Below are positions 40,767 to 52,962 of a stretch of DNA of 64,000 bases, one piece after another. Below the pieces are notes generated by a model. It saw only the letters and a list, made by a program, of their open reading frames with translations. It did no database searches and had not been told where the DNA came from. Position 1 is the stretch's first letter. Each line of letters opens with the position of its first letter. Source of the stretch: Epithemia pelagica (lineage: Eukaryota > Protista > Bacillariophyta); NCBI GenBank assembly GCA_946965045.2, contig OX337237.1, positions 1,364,001-1,428,000 on the forward strand. The letters run 5' to 3'. The position numbers and the translations under genes are program-made.

Positions 40767-42961
40767 TTAACATCCCAGCTCTGTTGCTTGTTCCCAATCT
40801 CGTAAATGGAACCATGCATTGGCTCCATACTTGACACCTTCCACTACAGGCATGGCTTCATGAAAGGTTCGTTCCTCGCGTTGACTCGGATCTTGGTCCA
40901 AGACATTGGGCCACAAAGCAATCCGACCCAGTTGGGGTGTCACGGTCAAATTGGACCAATCAAACCGAGTCGCTCCCCCCTCTTCCACCGTATTCAAGTA
41001 CAAGAACACGGTCAAAATGCGAGGACCAGCCACTTGTCGGTCCGAATAGGCCGCGTAATCGCCATGAACGGTATAAAATTGACCTGGTTCGTCTGTTTTT
41101 TTTTCAACAAGCCAATAGAAACACCACAAAAATCCAACAATAAAACAAAACAGAGTGAGTTTCACGCGTCATTCATTTCTCATGTTTCGCAGTGGAGCAT
41201 TTCCGAGAACAAGACTAGCAACAGGTTCCTTCTGCTCGCAACAAGGTCCAACACTTGCAGTCTTCAGCATGTGTGAAACCAACCAAATACGTCTGTATCA
41301 TCATACGTACAATGCAGCAATTGCAATTCTTCGGAATGCGAGGGTGGTATTCCTGTTAATTCATAGAGCCGATCAAACAACCCCACAACAATGGGATCCC
41401 AATCGCAGTCCTCACTGCACCAGGCATTGGTCGAGGTTCGACGCAAATCATTGTAATCATGATCAAAAGCTTCTCCCGTCTCGTCATTCAAGTCACCCGA
41501 GGTTTCCGAACTGCGTTCGTAGCCCAACTCTTGACCCCATTCCATCAATCGAGTGGCTTCCTGCTCGGTAAAAAAGTTATCAATCGTGACAATCCAAGCA
41601 CCCTCCTCGTAGTCGTGATTGCCGTCGTGGCTATCGATCGTGTCGGGCGCAGTGGCAGGGTCGGGTCGCGACCAGACGGTTGTCTGGTACCGGTCGTCGG
41701 CCACGATGCGTTCAAACATGCGATTTAAATCACCGGGTTGCCAAATATCGGGAAAGAGGGTCTCATTGAGAGGACACCGTGTTTCGTAATGCACTTGCAA
41801 ACAACTTTGACAGGCGGGAGCGCAAATGCGTCGCAAGGAATGTTCATTGTCATTGTCGTCATTGTCATCGTCCTGGCATTTGCCTTGGGCCGCCCACAAG
41901 GTACAGCGGGCATCCTTGTTGAAACACAAATTGTGCACCTTCCGGTACCGATCGTCCGGCCACACAACGTGATTCATGTATTCCGTTGTGGCAGCCAATT
42001 GTGCCTCAATGGCTTCCGGCAAGACAAAGGGTTCTGGTTCGGTCGTCAATTGGGAGGCCAAGAGTGTGGCAAACGCCGTATCATGGGTCTCGTCGTCGTC
42101 ATTGATGCACAGGGTGGCTTCGTCCCCTTCCTCTTGCCGTTTGGGATGAGGACGGCTGTGCAAGAGTTGGGGGACGCCAAATTCGACACCGGGTCCCATG
42201 GGAGGTCGACAGGCATGACAGGCCGCGGCACATTCCTCTAGCATGTAGTCGGGATTGCGTTGGCATTCGCCTTGCACGGCCCAATGGGTACAGGATTCCT
42301 GACGATTGCGACAGGTCCGACGCAAGGAAACGTAGCGATCCACCGTGGTGGCAAATTCGTGCCAATACTGTTCCGTTTCCTCGATATGATGCAAAAAGGC
42401 AGCCTCAATGGCATCTTGTTCGGCATGATCGACATGAATCAATTGAGGAACACCAAATCGAAGGCCATATTCTTCTTCTTCCTCTTCGTCATACTCCTCT
42501 TCCCAATCGCCCTCGTCTTCTTCCCAGTCACCTTGGTCATATTCTTCCTCTTGGACGTCCTCCTCGTGTTCTTGTGCCATGTCTAGACCAACGTCAGTGG
42601 TACTCTCATCAACATCTTCCGTAAAGCGGACATGGTGGTGGTGGTAGTGATTGTGTTCGACCCAGTGGACCGGAACCGTGGTTTTGGGGGATTGATGGTC
42701 CCGCTCATCCTCCACCCACTCGTGTTTTGGTGGTTGGTGCAGTTTTGTCGGATTCCGACGAGGAGGTTGTTCCCAGTGCCATGGTTGTGGATCTGCGGTA
42801 GTTTGTTCCAGAGTGGTGGTGGTGGTGGTGGTGGTAGAAGAAACAACTGTTGCAGCCGCCACTATCAGGGACCGATCCATGAACCACAGGAAGAACCAAC
42901 ATTCGACCAAGCCCAACACAATGTAGGAGGAGAACAGGGGACGAGCCGCCATTCTCACCAT
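40767..42961 (-). CDS. Prolyl 4-hydroxylase-like 2OG-Fe(II) dioxygenase with ShKT domains; one intron (41093-41310)
   Basis: ShKT motifs CRNRQESCTHWAVQGECQRNPDYMLEECAAACHAC and CFNKDARCTLWAAQGKC...CAPACQSC; RTSTNAWC. Splicing gives ELQLLHYEPGQFYTVHGD (HxD), RILTVFLYLNTVEEGGATRF, RTFHEAMPV, KYGANAW. Confidence 0.9.
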
Positions 42962-43418
42962 GACGACGACGAGCAGGAGGATGACGAATGAACTGTGGTG
43001 GTTGTGTTTGGTGTGTTGGCAAGTGGAGTCTTTGAATGGGCCGTGTTCAAACTTTACTATTCGGCACACTCAATGGCCTTTACAAAGATAATGATTGAAA
43101 CTCCAGCTTGAGATATGGTACCAAACACACACAGACACACTCGTATTGTTTGGTTGCCCTTCGGATTCTATCTCTTGTCGTCGTTGTGCCAGGAATTTTT
43201 TGTGAGAGAAAAAATGCAGGTCTTGCAAAACTCGTAAATCACAAGTTTATGCCCCCTGGTCATTGGAACGACCAAGATCACAATAAATAAGCCCTTTTGT
43301 TTTCCATGTGCCGATGGACGGCGCACGCGCCGGCCGATTAATCAGTCGCGCAAAGATCGCGTTCGAGACCCGACCAAAATCTTTTTTTCATTTTTTAATA
43401 TCAGATCGACACTCCAAG

Positions 43419-44213
43419 ATGAGGAGGATGAACCATTCGTTTGGGTATTGTTCTTTGGTGGTTGTGATGGTTGTGGCAATCATGACGGGGACTCATTGTT
43501 TGGCAGTGGCAAATTCCCTGGAGGAAGAAGACAAGGCCACCACCACCAATGACGACGACGAAACAACACCTGTGTTGTTTTCCCATCGCATTTCCGTGAC
43601 ACAATCTCTACCGCATCTCTCCGTGGAACAAGCCTATCACCACTGTTTGTATGCTTGGAGGTACGACAATTTGGGTCTCCCCTGGTACTTGTCGTTATCG
43701 ACCTTTGGCATCTCCGCACCCCGCATTGAAGCTTGGGGAGACGAACGGACGGGTCAAGGATTGATACTCCATCGAGTGGTCCCTCCCGTCCGAGAAGGCA
43801 TTGTCAATGTCGAATGGGTATACGACGACGACGACGACAACAGCCAGGAGGAGGGTCAGCAGCAGCAGCAGGAGAAGGAGGAGCAAGACTACGAAGCACT
43901 CCCCAAATCAGTTCGTGTCCTGACTCGAGCCACACTGCAGTATAAAGTGCTCAATCCATCCTACACCACATGGCCCTTGCAAGACCATTTTGGAACCGTC
44001 GTCTTTGTGGCCGCAGCAAAGGACAACAACAACAACAACAATCATGGCGGTGGCAGTCACATGACATGGACGATTGAATGGACACCCTTGTGGATGCCTC
44101 TACCTGGATGGAATACCGTCTTGACATGGATTCATACCCTCATTGCCACGAGCATGACTCGATACATGATGATGGTTCCAAACAAGGACGATCACCACCA
44201 AGACGAGCTTTAA
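43419..44213 (+). CDS. Secreted protein, possibly SRPBCC/START (polyketide cyclase-like) fold
   Basis: Signal peptide MRRMNHSFGYCSLVVVMVVAIMTGTHCLA; VREGIV...LQYKVLNPS...LQDHFGTVVF...MTWTIEWTP pattern typical of helix-grip proteins (by eye). Confidence 0.55.
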   Translation: MRRMNHSFGYCSLVVVMVVAIMTGTHCLAVANSLEEEDKATTTNDDDETTPVLFSHRISVTQSLPHLSVEQAYHHCLYAWRYDNLGLPWYLSLSTFGISAPRIEAWGDERTGQGLILHRVVPPVREGIVNVEWVYDDDDDNSQEEGQQQQQEKEEQDYEALPKSVRVLTRATLQYKVLNPSYTTWPLQDHFGTVVFVAAAKDNNNNNNHGGGSHMTWTIEWTPLWMPLPGWNTVLTWIHTLIATSMTRYMMMVPNKDDHHQDEL

Positions 44214-44629
44214 CAGTGTTGGAGGGCTACCTACGTAGACAAACAAAGACTTGGAGGTTGGCAAAACCATGCGCCACGAGAGAAATCAGCCAACAAAGGG
44301 AACTATAGGGGGACAATCGAAACACAACACATTCAACACTCTTGCGCCAAAGAACCAAAACCGACTCACGAAGATTCTGTATGTGCCTCCAAGACACTCT
44401 CCGCAGTGTCATGCCTGTCTGTGTGGTATGGTTCCGTTTGCCATGCCTGTGTTTCTCTCCGTCATTCGACAGCTTGTGCGTGGTGTTGTCTCGCTTCCAG
44501 TCCGCCGTACAAACAACATCAACAATCCGTATGGGAGAATAGACAGTGTACAATAAATGGCGCTCTATTGCTATTCATACGACCCTCATGGGTCCTGCAT
44601 TGTTCTTTTGTTGTTGTTGTTGTTGCTTA

Positions 44630-45349
44630 TTATGGATTGGTCGTTTGGTCATTGGGTTTTCGTCGCATCAAGACGGCTGGAAACATTACGGATTTTCCAT
44701 CCAATGGTAGTTCCACCGGCTGTTGCGGTTCAAATCCCAAGGAGGAGTAAAAGGGGACAGCCGTCAAGGTACTAAACACTTCCATATCGGTATCGGGTCC
44801 GAATTGCTCCGAGAGGTCCTTCCAGGTCCGATCCCACAAGGCCTGTCCCACTCCACATCGAATCCAGTCCGGATGACAGGCAAAATGTCTCAAGTGCGGC
44901 ACGACGACAGCAAGTTCACGGTCGTCCTCCAAGGGATTGGACGATTCGGCCAAATTGGTCCTTTTGGGGGCTTGTGCCGTCCATCCACCACATCCCACGA
45001 GTTTTAGGGTTGTGGGATGCTGGACCACATACCACGTTCCACACGTCAACAAGGATTCGCGGGCCGTGGACAAATAGGGCAAGGCTCGAGACAAGACGAG
45101 AGGATCTTTATCGGGTTTCATCACTTGGGAATAGGAAGCGGACAAGACGTCCGACACGGCTGCCGCATCGTCCAAGGTTGCTGGTCGCACCATCCAAGCA
45201 ATCCGTTCCTTCTTGGTTGTGTTCTTCTTGTTGTTGCTGCTGCTATTGTTTGCAAGAGGTGTGGCCTCGGATACCGTCGGTATGGATCGTGGCGTATCTT
45301 GCTCCTTGGCCGACGCCGTCATCGTCAGTGTCGTCGTGGGCGTTGTCAT
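44630..45349 (-). CDS. GNAT-family N-acetyltransferase
   Basis: VRPATLDDA, LVGCGGW, LRHFACHPDWIRCGVGQAL (motif A), STLTAVPFYSSLGFE (motif B). Start uncertain (MTTPTTT chosen). Confidence 0.85.
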   Translation of the reverse strand: MTTPTTTLTMTASAKEQDTPRSIPTVSEATPLANNSSSNNKKNTTKKERIAWMVRPATLDDAAAVSDVLSASYSQVMKPDKDPLVLSRALPYLSTARESLLTCGTWYVVQHPTTLKLVGCGGWTAQAPKRTNLAESSNPLEDDRELAVVVPHLRHFACHPDWIRCGVGQALWDRTWKDLSEQFGPDTDMEVFSTLTAVPFYSSLGFEPQQPVELPLDGKSVMFPAVLMRRKPNDQTTNP

Positions 45350-45738
45350 GATGGTTGGATTCCGTCCGTGCTCGATCACACTGGCAAAACTTGTGGTGGC
45401 CCAGTCCGGAAACTGCGCGAGACTCTGGACGATTGTGATCCACTTGCCGAGTTGGCGGATCATGAGATTATAAAATAGGAGTAGGTATCTTGGTTCCATG
45501 AAAGATATATGTTGTGGGTTGTTGTAAGAAGTAAGAGAAAAAAAAAACACGTCTCGGACGCGGAAGGATCCTGCTTCCGCGTCCGAGACGTGTTTCGGCC
45601 GACGGACGGACGCACGTGTCTGAACGGCACATGATCGACCACAGCACTTGTCTATGTCACAACATCTTGGTATCTAGACATGACGCTTCCCATAGCATTA
45701 GCCCCTAGGACAGGAATGTGTCCTCGATGTGTGGCAAC

Positions 45739-47511
45739 CTATGACTCCTTTGGTCTGATGGCACTTTGTTTCGGTTGGGTCTTCTTCTTCTTGTGGTTGT
45801 TCTTGTTGCTGTTGTGCGGTGGTGGTGGTGGGTAGACTCGTTCTTTCCACACCATCCCCCGAGGGTAAAACGTCCACATCCAACTGTCGGGAGGAGGGTA
45901 GGCATGGTAGAGGTGGTAGTGACGAAACAAGAAACCAGGTAGTAAAAAGTACTCTTCCTTGTTGCTCTTCCAGGATCTAGTAGTAGTAGTAGTGTCATCA
46001 AAGAGAGATTCGACGAGTCGTTGTGAACCGTCGTGTCGTCCTTGTGTTTGTCTTGCCGCAGCAGCAGCATCAACCGGACGGGTTGTTGTGGTCCAACTCG
46101 AGTTTGTCACGAGCAGCAGCCGAGACAATTCCGTTTGATTCAGACGAAACCAGTCGCCGTCGGTAATCGATGTGCGGGGTGCTGGTTGTGCCCGGACAAC
46201 GTCACGGTCACTCCACCATTGAGGTTGATTGGGAACCGTCTTACTAGTCTTGCTGTTGTTGTTGTCGTTGGGAATTTTGAACGGAAGACGTTCCACAAAG
46301 AGTGTTGTTTGAGTGCCTTGCACATCACAGGGTCGAACTGTGGGATGAGACGCAATCCAATGCTCCGACGCATACCGGTCCAAGCCCGTATTGCCAGGAT
46401 TGCTAAATTTGTACAAGTCTCGAGTCCACAATGACGACGAGGATTGATTCACGGCCTGCACCACTCGGGAGAGTTGCCAGGGAAACTCCTCCAGAGGGTC
46501 CAACAAGGTTTGAACGTAGGCACACTTGGCCGCAAACATGTTTCCGGGATAAAAGTTGGTCCACAGGGGGTAGAATTGCAACCCACACACATTGCACGTG
46601 CTCTGGGTGTTGTTGTTGTCCTTCGTCGTGGATGGATGCGTCAAGGAGGCCAAACAGGAGCCATGTGTCGCGGCATGCGTCAAGGCACGTCTCCATATAT
46701 CATTGCGACCACCCGAGGAATGATAGGTTCCCTTGGAATGCAAATAAATAACAATTCGGGTGGCGCCACTACTACTGTGCAGTGTCGAGTTGTGGTGGTA
46801 GTGCAAAGGATTGTTGTTGAGGTTATTGTGACGGTCGTTCGTGTCATGGCTCTGACAGTACTTGTACATGGCATGCAACGTCAAGTTCTCGTATCCAATT
46901 TCCTCATGTGGTCCATTGGGTACGCAGTGCAAAAAGGGAGCATGGGTTTGACAGACTTGTTGCTCCAACCATTTCTGCGTAATGGCGAGTTTTGGATAAT
47001 GATTGCCAACGGCTCCGGTAGTGGTGTAGTAAACGGTCCAGACGGTTCCATGGGCCTTGGCCGCTTGTCCCACTTGCGTCAATTGTTCTTGGATAATTTC
47101 ACGTGTCCGTTCCAATCCATATCGACCCTTGTCGGGAGGAATGTAAATGTGATAAAAGACTGCCACTGCCTTGTTGTCCTTGTCCGCTTTCGAGAAAAGA
47201 TGAGTTCCATAGGCTACCATCCTGGGAGTTGTTGATACAAGCCACCATGCGGCATAGGGGATGGAACTCACCATGCATCCAGCACCCAACAACAGGACTA
47301 TGACACGAAACACAAGAGGCAGCGAACACTGCCATTCCTTTGGTGGTGGTGGTGGTTTTCGCTGCGGTAGGCAATTATTGTGGTCTCTCATCGAAAGCGA
47401 CTCGGGTGTTGTTGTTGCCACATTGTACCATGCCATTCTAGTATTAGAGGATGATCCATGCTCTTGCGTTCGGGGTCGTCGATTGTGCAGACCATGCTGG
47501 GCCATTGTCAT
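45739..47511 (-). CDS. Uncharacterised type II membrane protein (glycosyltransferase-like, YLHSKG motif)
   Basis: TM LVFRVIVLLLGAGCMVSSIPYAAWWLV; VFYHIY, GYENLTL, VIYLHSKG, CNVCG, YPGNMFAAKCAYV, RYASEHWI. Start uncertain. Confidence 0.65.
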   Translation of the reverse strand: MTMAQHGLHNRRPRTQEHGSSSNTRMAWYNVATTTPESLSMRDHNNCLPQRKPPPPPKEWQCSLPLVFRVIVLLLGAGCMVSSIPYAAWWLVSTTPRMVAYGTHLFSKADKDNKAVAVFYHIYIPPDKGRYGLERTREIIQEQLTQVGQAAKAHGTVWTVYYTTTGAVGNHYPKLAITQKWLEQQVCQTHAPFLHCVPNGPHEEIGYENLTLHAMYKYCQSHDTNDRHNNLNNNPLHYHHNSTLHSSSGATRIVIYLHSKGTYHSSGGRNDIWRRALTHAATHGSCLASLTHPSTTKDNNNTQSTCNVCGLQFYPLWTNFYPGNMFAAKCAYVQTLLDPLEEFPWQLSRVVQAVNQSSSSLWTRDLYKFSNPGNTGLDRYASEHWIASHPTVRPCDVQGTQTTLFVERLPFKIPNDNNNSKTSKTVPNQPQWWSDRDVVRAQPAPRTSITDGDWFRLNQTELSRLLLVTNSSWTTTTRPVDAAAAARQTQGRHDGSQRLVESLFDDTTTTTRSWKSNKEEYFLLPGFLFRHYHLYHAYPPPDSWMWTFYPRGMVWKERVYPPPPPHNSNKNNHKKKKTQPKQSAIRPKES

Positions 47512-47958
47512 CCAACACACACACACACACACACGTCCGCGTGATGATGATGAGCAGGACCACTCTACCAATCACGCAATGAATCCCCGATGCAACAAGG
47601 CGTCTCGTCCATTCAGCCCAATGTCTGTATTGGTGGTTCAACAAGCTTATCACAAGGCCGTCGTCGACTTGTCGAAGTATATTTCAATACAACGACGAAA
47701 GTGGTCGCCCACAAAAAAAGTAGCCGAAATGCAGTCGCGGATTTTGAGCATGACACTACGGCAGTTGGCAGTACTGTCGCTATGGTACTTAGACCCCTTA
47801 GAGGACTTGTGCATACTCCTAATCCTCCCTAGAAGCCAAGGTGTTTTGAAACAAGACACGAATAATAGATGGAGCTATTAGTTCCCAACGAAGTCGATTT
47901 CAGCCCAGGAAGAAGACGAAGATGTATGTAGTCTTTCACTTTGCGTTGGACATGATCC

Positions 47959-49298
47959 TCAAGTGCTGTTGTCTTTCTTGACTGCGACCACGCGGATGCG
48001 TCGATAATCGGCCGTCCACTGTCGTCCATTCCACATACTCGTGGGACGGAGTTGGTCTTGTACCTTTTCTAGCACGCGGTCCACTTGCCAATCTTGCAAG
48101 CCTTGGAAAAATTTGGACCCAAACATAAGCAACCAATTGGCCACACCATCGGTACCTTCTTCCAAGGGAGTGGGTCGATCAAACAAGGATGCCGACGATA
48201 CTTCCATACCATACTGTTCCAACAAGGACGTAAATTCGCCCACACTGGGAAAGTACCAAAAGGGCTTGACGAACGGCACAGTGTCATCCGGGTCCTTAGT
48301 GGTGGACGTCATTATTTCGTCCTGGTTCTGGACATTGCTCCCACCCATGACGACTTGTTTCAGAGCCATGTCAGTGGCTTGTACAATACTTTGAACATTT
48401 CCTTTGCCACCAAATTCGACCACCAAATGACCTCCCGGTTGGAGCTGTTGGGTCAAGGACTGGACCATGAGTTCGGCATCCTCGGGTGGTACCCAATGTA
48501 ACGCCGCATTGGAAAAAATGACATTGTAGCGATGGTCCTTGTTGTCGTCGTCCTCCTCCTTGTCGTCGTCATTCCCCAACAAGGCATGGTGTTGGAGAGT
48601 TCGTACATCCTGCACAAAAAACTGCAGATCCGGATACTGCACACGTGCCCGTTCAATCATTTTTGGATCGGCATCCATTCCATGAACCACACACGGACCT
48701 CCGCATACTAGGTCCGCAAGAGCCTGTGTCAGTTCCCCACTTCCACACCCCACGTCCAACATTCGGAGCATGTTTGGCGTAGTCGTCGTGGACGAGTCCT
48801 TGTCTCGGATATTACAACTTGCACTACCTTGGGAATGGTCGTCTTGCATCAACTCTTGTACGACGTCGATTAAGGATGAGCCATACTTCCACACAAAGCT
48901 ATGTTGCTGTTGGTAGCGCTCCACGTCCCACTGCAGCAATGTATAAGGAAAGACGACATGTTTGTTAGTGGGTGAAAATACACAAAGGTACAACGAGAGA
49001 CCGGTCGAACAAAAGTGTAGTTCTAGTTGACAGGGCACAAGTCTCACCTCTTGGGTCGGCTTCATTTCTTCCTCGGTGATCGAGTCAGAAGCACTAGCTG
49101 CTTGAAGATTGAGGCTACTCGACTGGTGTGTTGAAGAAGAAGAAGCCGTGTCTGGTTCCTTGTTTCTCGGGAGTCGATGAGAAGCAGGAACGCCCGCTGC
49201 AGCAACGGTTCCAACGGGAAACGATGCGCAAGTGTGGATCAGTAGAAAACCACACACAACAGTGTTAGAGAGGAGACGTCCAGAAGAAGAAGAAGCAT
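47959..49298 (-). CDS. Class I SAM-dependent methyltransferase (Tam-like); intron 48931-49047; probable 1-nt frameshift in the signal peptide
   Basis: WDVERYQQQHSFVWKYG, MLDVGCGSGELT, GMDADPKMIERAR, YNVIFSNAALHWV, PGGHLVVEFGG, WTADYRRIR. ATG 49298 gives MLLLLLDVSSLTLLCVV, which joins FLLIHTCAS-F if the T4 run (+ strand A 49246-49249) had one more base. Confidence 0.85.
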
Positions 49299-49866
49299 AG
49301 TGACCACACAACAAAGTCTCATTTCAGGAGTGGTGCTCACCAACTGCAAGATACGGCATCATGATCAAGAAAAGAAAAGAAAACACTCGTCAAACTTCAC
49401 TTTGCAGAGGAAGCTCCCGACAGGATCTTTTTATGGAGTTGACGACTCCTCATTCGCTTGCATGGTTGCGCTTCAGACCCTCATCCTGGTTGGTGCAGCT
49501 CATTGCCAAACGTGTGGCATACTCGTAAGATTGGCAAAGAATGAATGATTGATGGCCGTGTAACCATGAAAGATCGAGAAAACTGCAGGGGAACTTTTTC
49601 TGTTGCCGTTCTTCTACAGTAAATAGGAAAAATAATGAGTCAAAGCTCAAAAGGGGCAAGACTAAACTTTCCGTTCAAATTTCGGTAGGGATCGTGCGAC
49701 TGAGTTTCCTCGAGAAAGGGGTCCCGCGAACCGCGGAATACTAGGTACCGAGGAGAATAATCCAACCGAGGACAACAATTGATGATACTCCTATACAATA
49801 ACGGCCAGACCATATATCAATACGCTACGTAAGGAATGGGACCCGCAAATCGATTTCGTTAGCACT

Positions 49867-51615
49867 CTAGCAATCATCGACGTACTCTCCGGAAGGTAAC
49901 CGTGACTTGAATTTGGGTAGGCATCGACGACCATGTTCTGTTCCTGCCAGATTCACAATATGGCTTCCATCTTGTAGGTCCATGAGAGTGTAGTTGGACA
50001 GACGGGCATGTCGATCGCTCGGTACCAATTTGTCATTGCCATGATCTGTTCCGAACCCACAGAGCCACCAATGTCGGCCACAGACCGTTATTTTGACAAA
50101 CCCCGGTGCCGATGGACCATCGTCGCAACACATGGCATCCGATCCCAAGGTTACCACCGTAGAAAAGTTTCCACTCGCTGGTACCACTCGATCTGGATGG
50201 TAGTTTGGCAAATCTCGTGCATGTGGAATGGGCTGTAGACGATGGGGAAGCAAGATTTTTCCTAGTCGAATCTCGCGGCTCAGAGCGGGTACGGCTTCGG
50301 GGCGCATGTGAAGGATAGTATCGGGTTCAGTCAGATATGTATACTTCCAGTTTTTGTGCGCTGTTCCATTAGCATTTGTTGGTCCTCCAAGCCATTGTTG
50401 AGTATGTAGTTCGTCCTTGACATCAAACGCCTTTTTGAGATGGACCAACGCCGCTTTGGGAATCATTCGCATTTTGCGTCGCTTCGTGTCGTCGGCCTCT
50501 GTACAATTCACAATCGCCAGAGCCACCTGGGTCCCATGCACCTTGTACTCAAATCGGTTGGTTGGATTCACAGTCAATACAGTGTTGATCATTGTGGGTG
50601 GTAGAGAAGCATTGAGGAATGACTCGTACTCTCGCCGCTGACGACTGATCCGAGACTTTGCATTTCGCTCGAGCAACAACTGTTTCGTCGCGACCATAAT
50701 GGAAGCGGATGCAACATCCATGTCCTGTTGGTCGATTGCAATTACAATTCTCCCACACGAGGCTTTTACGAGAGACGCAATGGTTGCCGCGAGACTTGCC
50801 GTGGTAAGTACCTGTCCTCGTAAGGTCGCACTTTTGTATGGCATGAACGCAATGACGGCAATGGTTTTTGTCATGGCGGACGAAATCTTGTCTTGACTTT
50901 CCATCATGGGCGGTTTGGTCAGTGCCCGAAATGTGTAGTCGAGCATTCGCTCCACAAACATGATGTAGGCTGGGGTTTCCCTTCGCAGGGCAAATCCGGT
51001 AATTTTCCAGGGCTTGCTCAAATGTTCGACCGAGAATTTGAGCCAGTCCAAAGTCATGCGCACGTCTCGACGAAGAGAGACGGAATTCATAAAGGTAAAG
51101 ACGGCTCCTTCGACATTTTGAATCCGCTGCGGTCGAAAGGCTCGCAAAAAGCGCTCCTTGCTTTGCCACCAGGTTGCCGAAAAGAAATCCAAATCGCGAC
51201 TAAATTGTTGCAAGGGAATAAAGCGAATAGGCTTGATGTCGGGGTTTGTTTTCGTTGAAGTACGATTGATGAAGAGTTGTTGTTGTTGTTGTTGAGTTTG
51301 GAAATGACGCAATTGTCCGATTTGCACGGACTTTGGCACAATGCCAGTGTTTCTGCCATCAATATCAGCTGTCACAGTACGGTTGCCCTTGTCCGAGCTT
51401 GTAGTTTCAAGTTTTATCCATGGATCATCGTACGGTTGTAGCAATTGACGAATTTCGTTTTCATGCACTATTGCTTGACCGCTCTTCCATATATTGACCA
51501 GGGCAAAACTGACTGCACCGGCCAGAATAATCACAATCAGTCTTCTCGATCCACGAAAACGATCCTTTTCCTGTCGTCGATCAGCAGGCCGACTAATAGA
51601 GGCAGTAGGATCCAT
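49867..51615 (-). CDS. Uncharacterised type II membrane protein (glycosyltransferase-like, YLTEPD motif)
   Basis: TM LIVIILAGAVSFALVNIW; KTIAVIAFMPY, YTYLTEPDTILH, HRLQPIPH, Cys-rich C-terminus; intronless ORF of ~580 codons. Confidence 0.65.
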   Translation of the reverse strand: MDPTASISRPADRRQEKDRFRGSRRLIVIILAGAVSFALVNIWKSGQAIVHENEIRQLLQPYDDPWIKLETTSSDKGNRTVTADIDGRNTGIVPKSVQIGQLRHFQTQQQQQQLFINRTSTKTNPDIKPIRFIPLQQFSRDLDFFSATWWQSKERFLRAFRPQRIQNVEGAVFTFMNSVSLRRDVRMTLDWLKFSVEHLSKPWKITGFALRRETPAYIMFVERMLDYTFRALTKPPMMESQDKISSAMTKTIAVIAFMPYKSATLRGQVLTTASLAATIASLVKASCGRIVIAIDQQDMDVASASIMVATKQLLLERNAKSRISRQRREYESFLNASLPPTMINTVLTVNPTNRFEYKVHGTQVALAIVNCTEADDTKRRKMRMIPKAALVHLKKAFDVKDELHTQQWLGGPTNANGTAHKNWKYTYLTEPDTILHMRPEAVPALSREIRLGKILLPHRLQPIPHARDLPNYHPDRVVPASGNFSTVVTLGSDAMCCDDGPSAPGFVKITVCGRHWWLCGFGTDHGNDKLVPSDRHARLSNYTLMDLQDGSHIVNLAGTEHGRRCLPKFKSRLPSGEYVDDC

Positions 51616-52198
51616 GTTGAAATCAAACAACACCCTTTTCGTCCAGAAACACGTTCCTCCTTGCTATGTAGACTGTATGGACAGCATGAAGAGGAGAAAG
51701 TCTCTTTCCCTCTCTTGTCTCTTGTGGCAACTTGTGGTGCAAGAAAATGGTGCGTTGGAATCAGGCTGGCTCGACGCGCGCGGAGCACGTGGAGGGCTAT
51801 TGTAGTTGTAGACTACAATACGAGCTCCATCAATCGATATGGGTAACCGTAGTGGCCCGTGCTTTTCATACCCCCACTGTTTTTTCTACAGTGATTCTAA
51901 CTTCGTAGGGACACCACTACGGTCATTTTGCACTGCGTAACACCACCATGACACACTCAAGCCGGTGTGCACCTCCAACGAAAGGTGCCAGCTCTCTTGC
52001 GACCATGAAGGATGCCTAAGAATCAAGTGTACCGTGAGGGAATGGGCGGGCAGGGATGAGTTGGCTTTTTTATGGACCGACGGCAAGGTTTTGAAGTCTT
52101 CCTTATTTGGCATCCGAAACAGAGGAAGTGACCTTGAGAAGAAGACGACGACAACCGATAGAATGCATCCAGCAAGTCAGCGATCATACGTCCGCATG

Positions 52199-52927
52199 CA
52201 GCAATCAACTCCTCGTCACTTAATAGACCGAGCACAACATTGGAAAGCCTCGACCGTTGGTGGCTCAAACGCAACAAAAGCTGATTTGTCCAGACAAAAC
52301 AAACGTGAACCGTGGGTGGAAGGACTGCTTCTACTGCGACAGACGATGGTGGTGCCGGTGGTGCGGCTGATTCCCACAGCACAATTTGAGTGGAAGAAGG
52401 AGGGGATGCCGTGAAGCTGATGGGCGGTGGTCGAAGAGCCTTGCGAGTCGACAACACTCGGCAACAACAACAACAACCCAAACACAACAATCAACTACTC
52501 ACTCCTCGCTGCCACCGAACGAACAACAACAACACTCGGCAACAACACTCGACAACGACACTCGACAACGACACTCGGTGGTAAGACTCGGCGACAAGAT
52601 GGTGTGGTCGTCCTCCTTCTTCTACCTTGCGACGAAACAATCAACTCCTCGTCTTTTCGTTGCCCTCACCCAACAAATCGAAGCCTCGTCCACTGGTGGT
52701 AACAAGCGACGACAACGACAACCACAAGCGGCTCAACTAAAAATGGCGAAACAATCGGCGACGATGTCACAGCTGATCGATCGAATGAACGAACGAACGA
52801 AAGAACGAATGAACGACAACAACAACACTCGGCGACAACAAAAATCCAAACACAACAATCAACTACTCACCGCCACTGATCGAACGAACGAACGAATGAA
52901 CAAACAACAACAAAAACAACACTCGGC

Positions 52928-52962
<35 letters not shown>

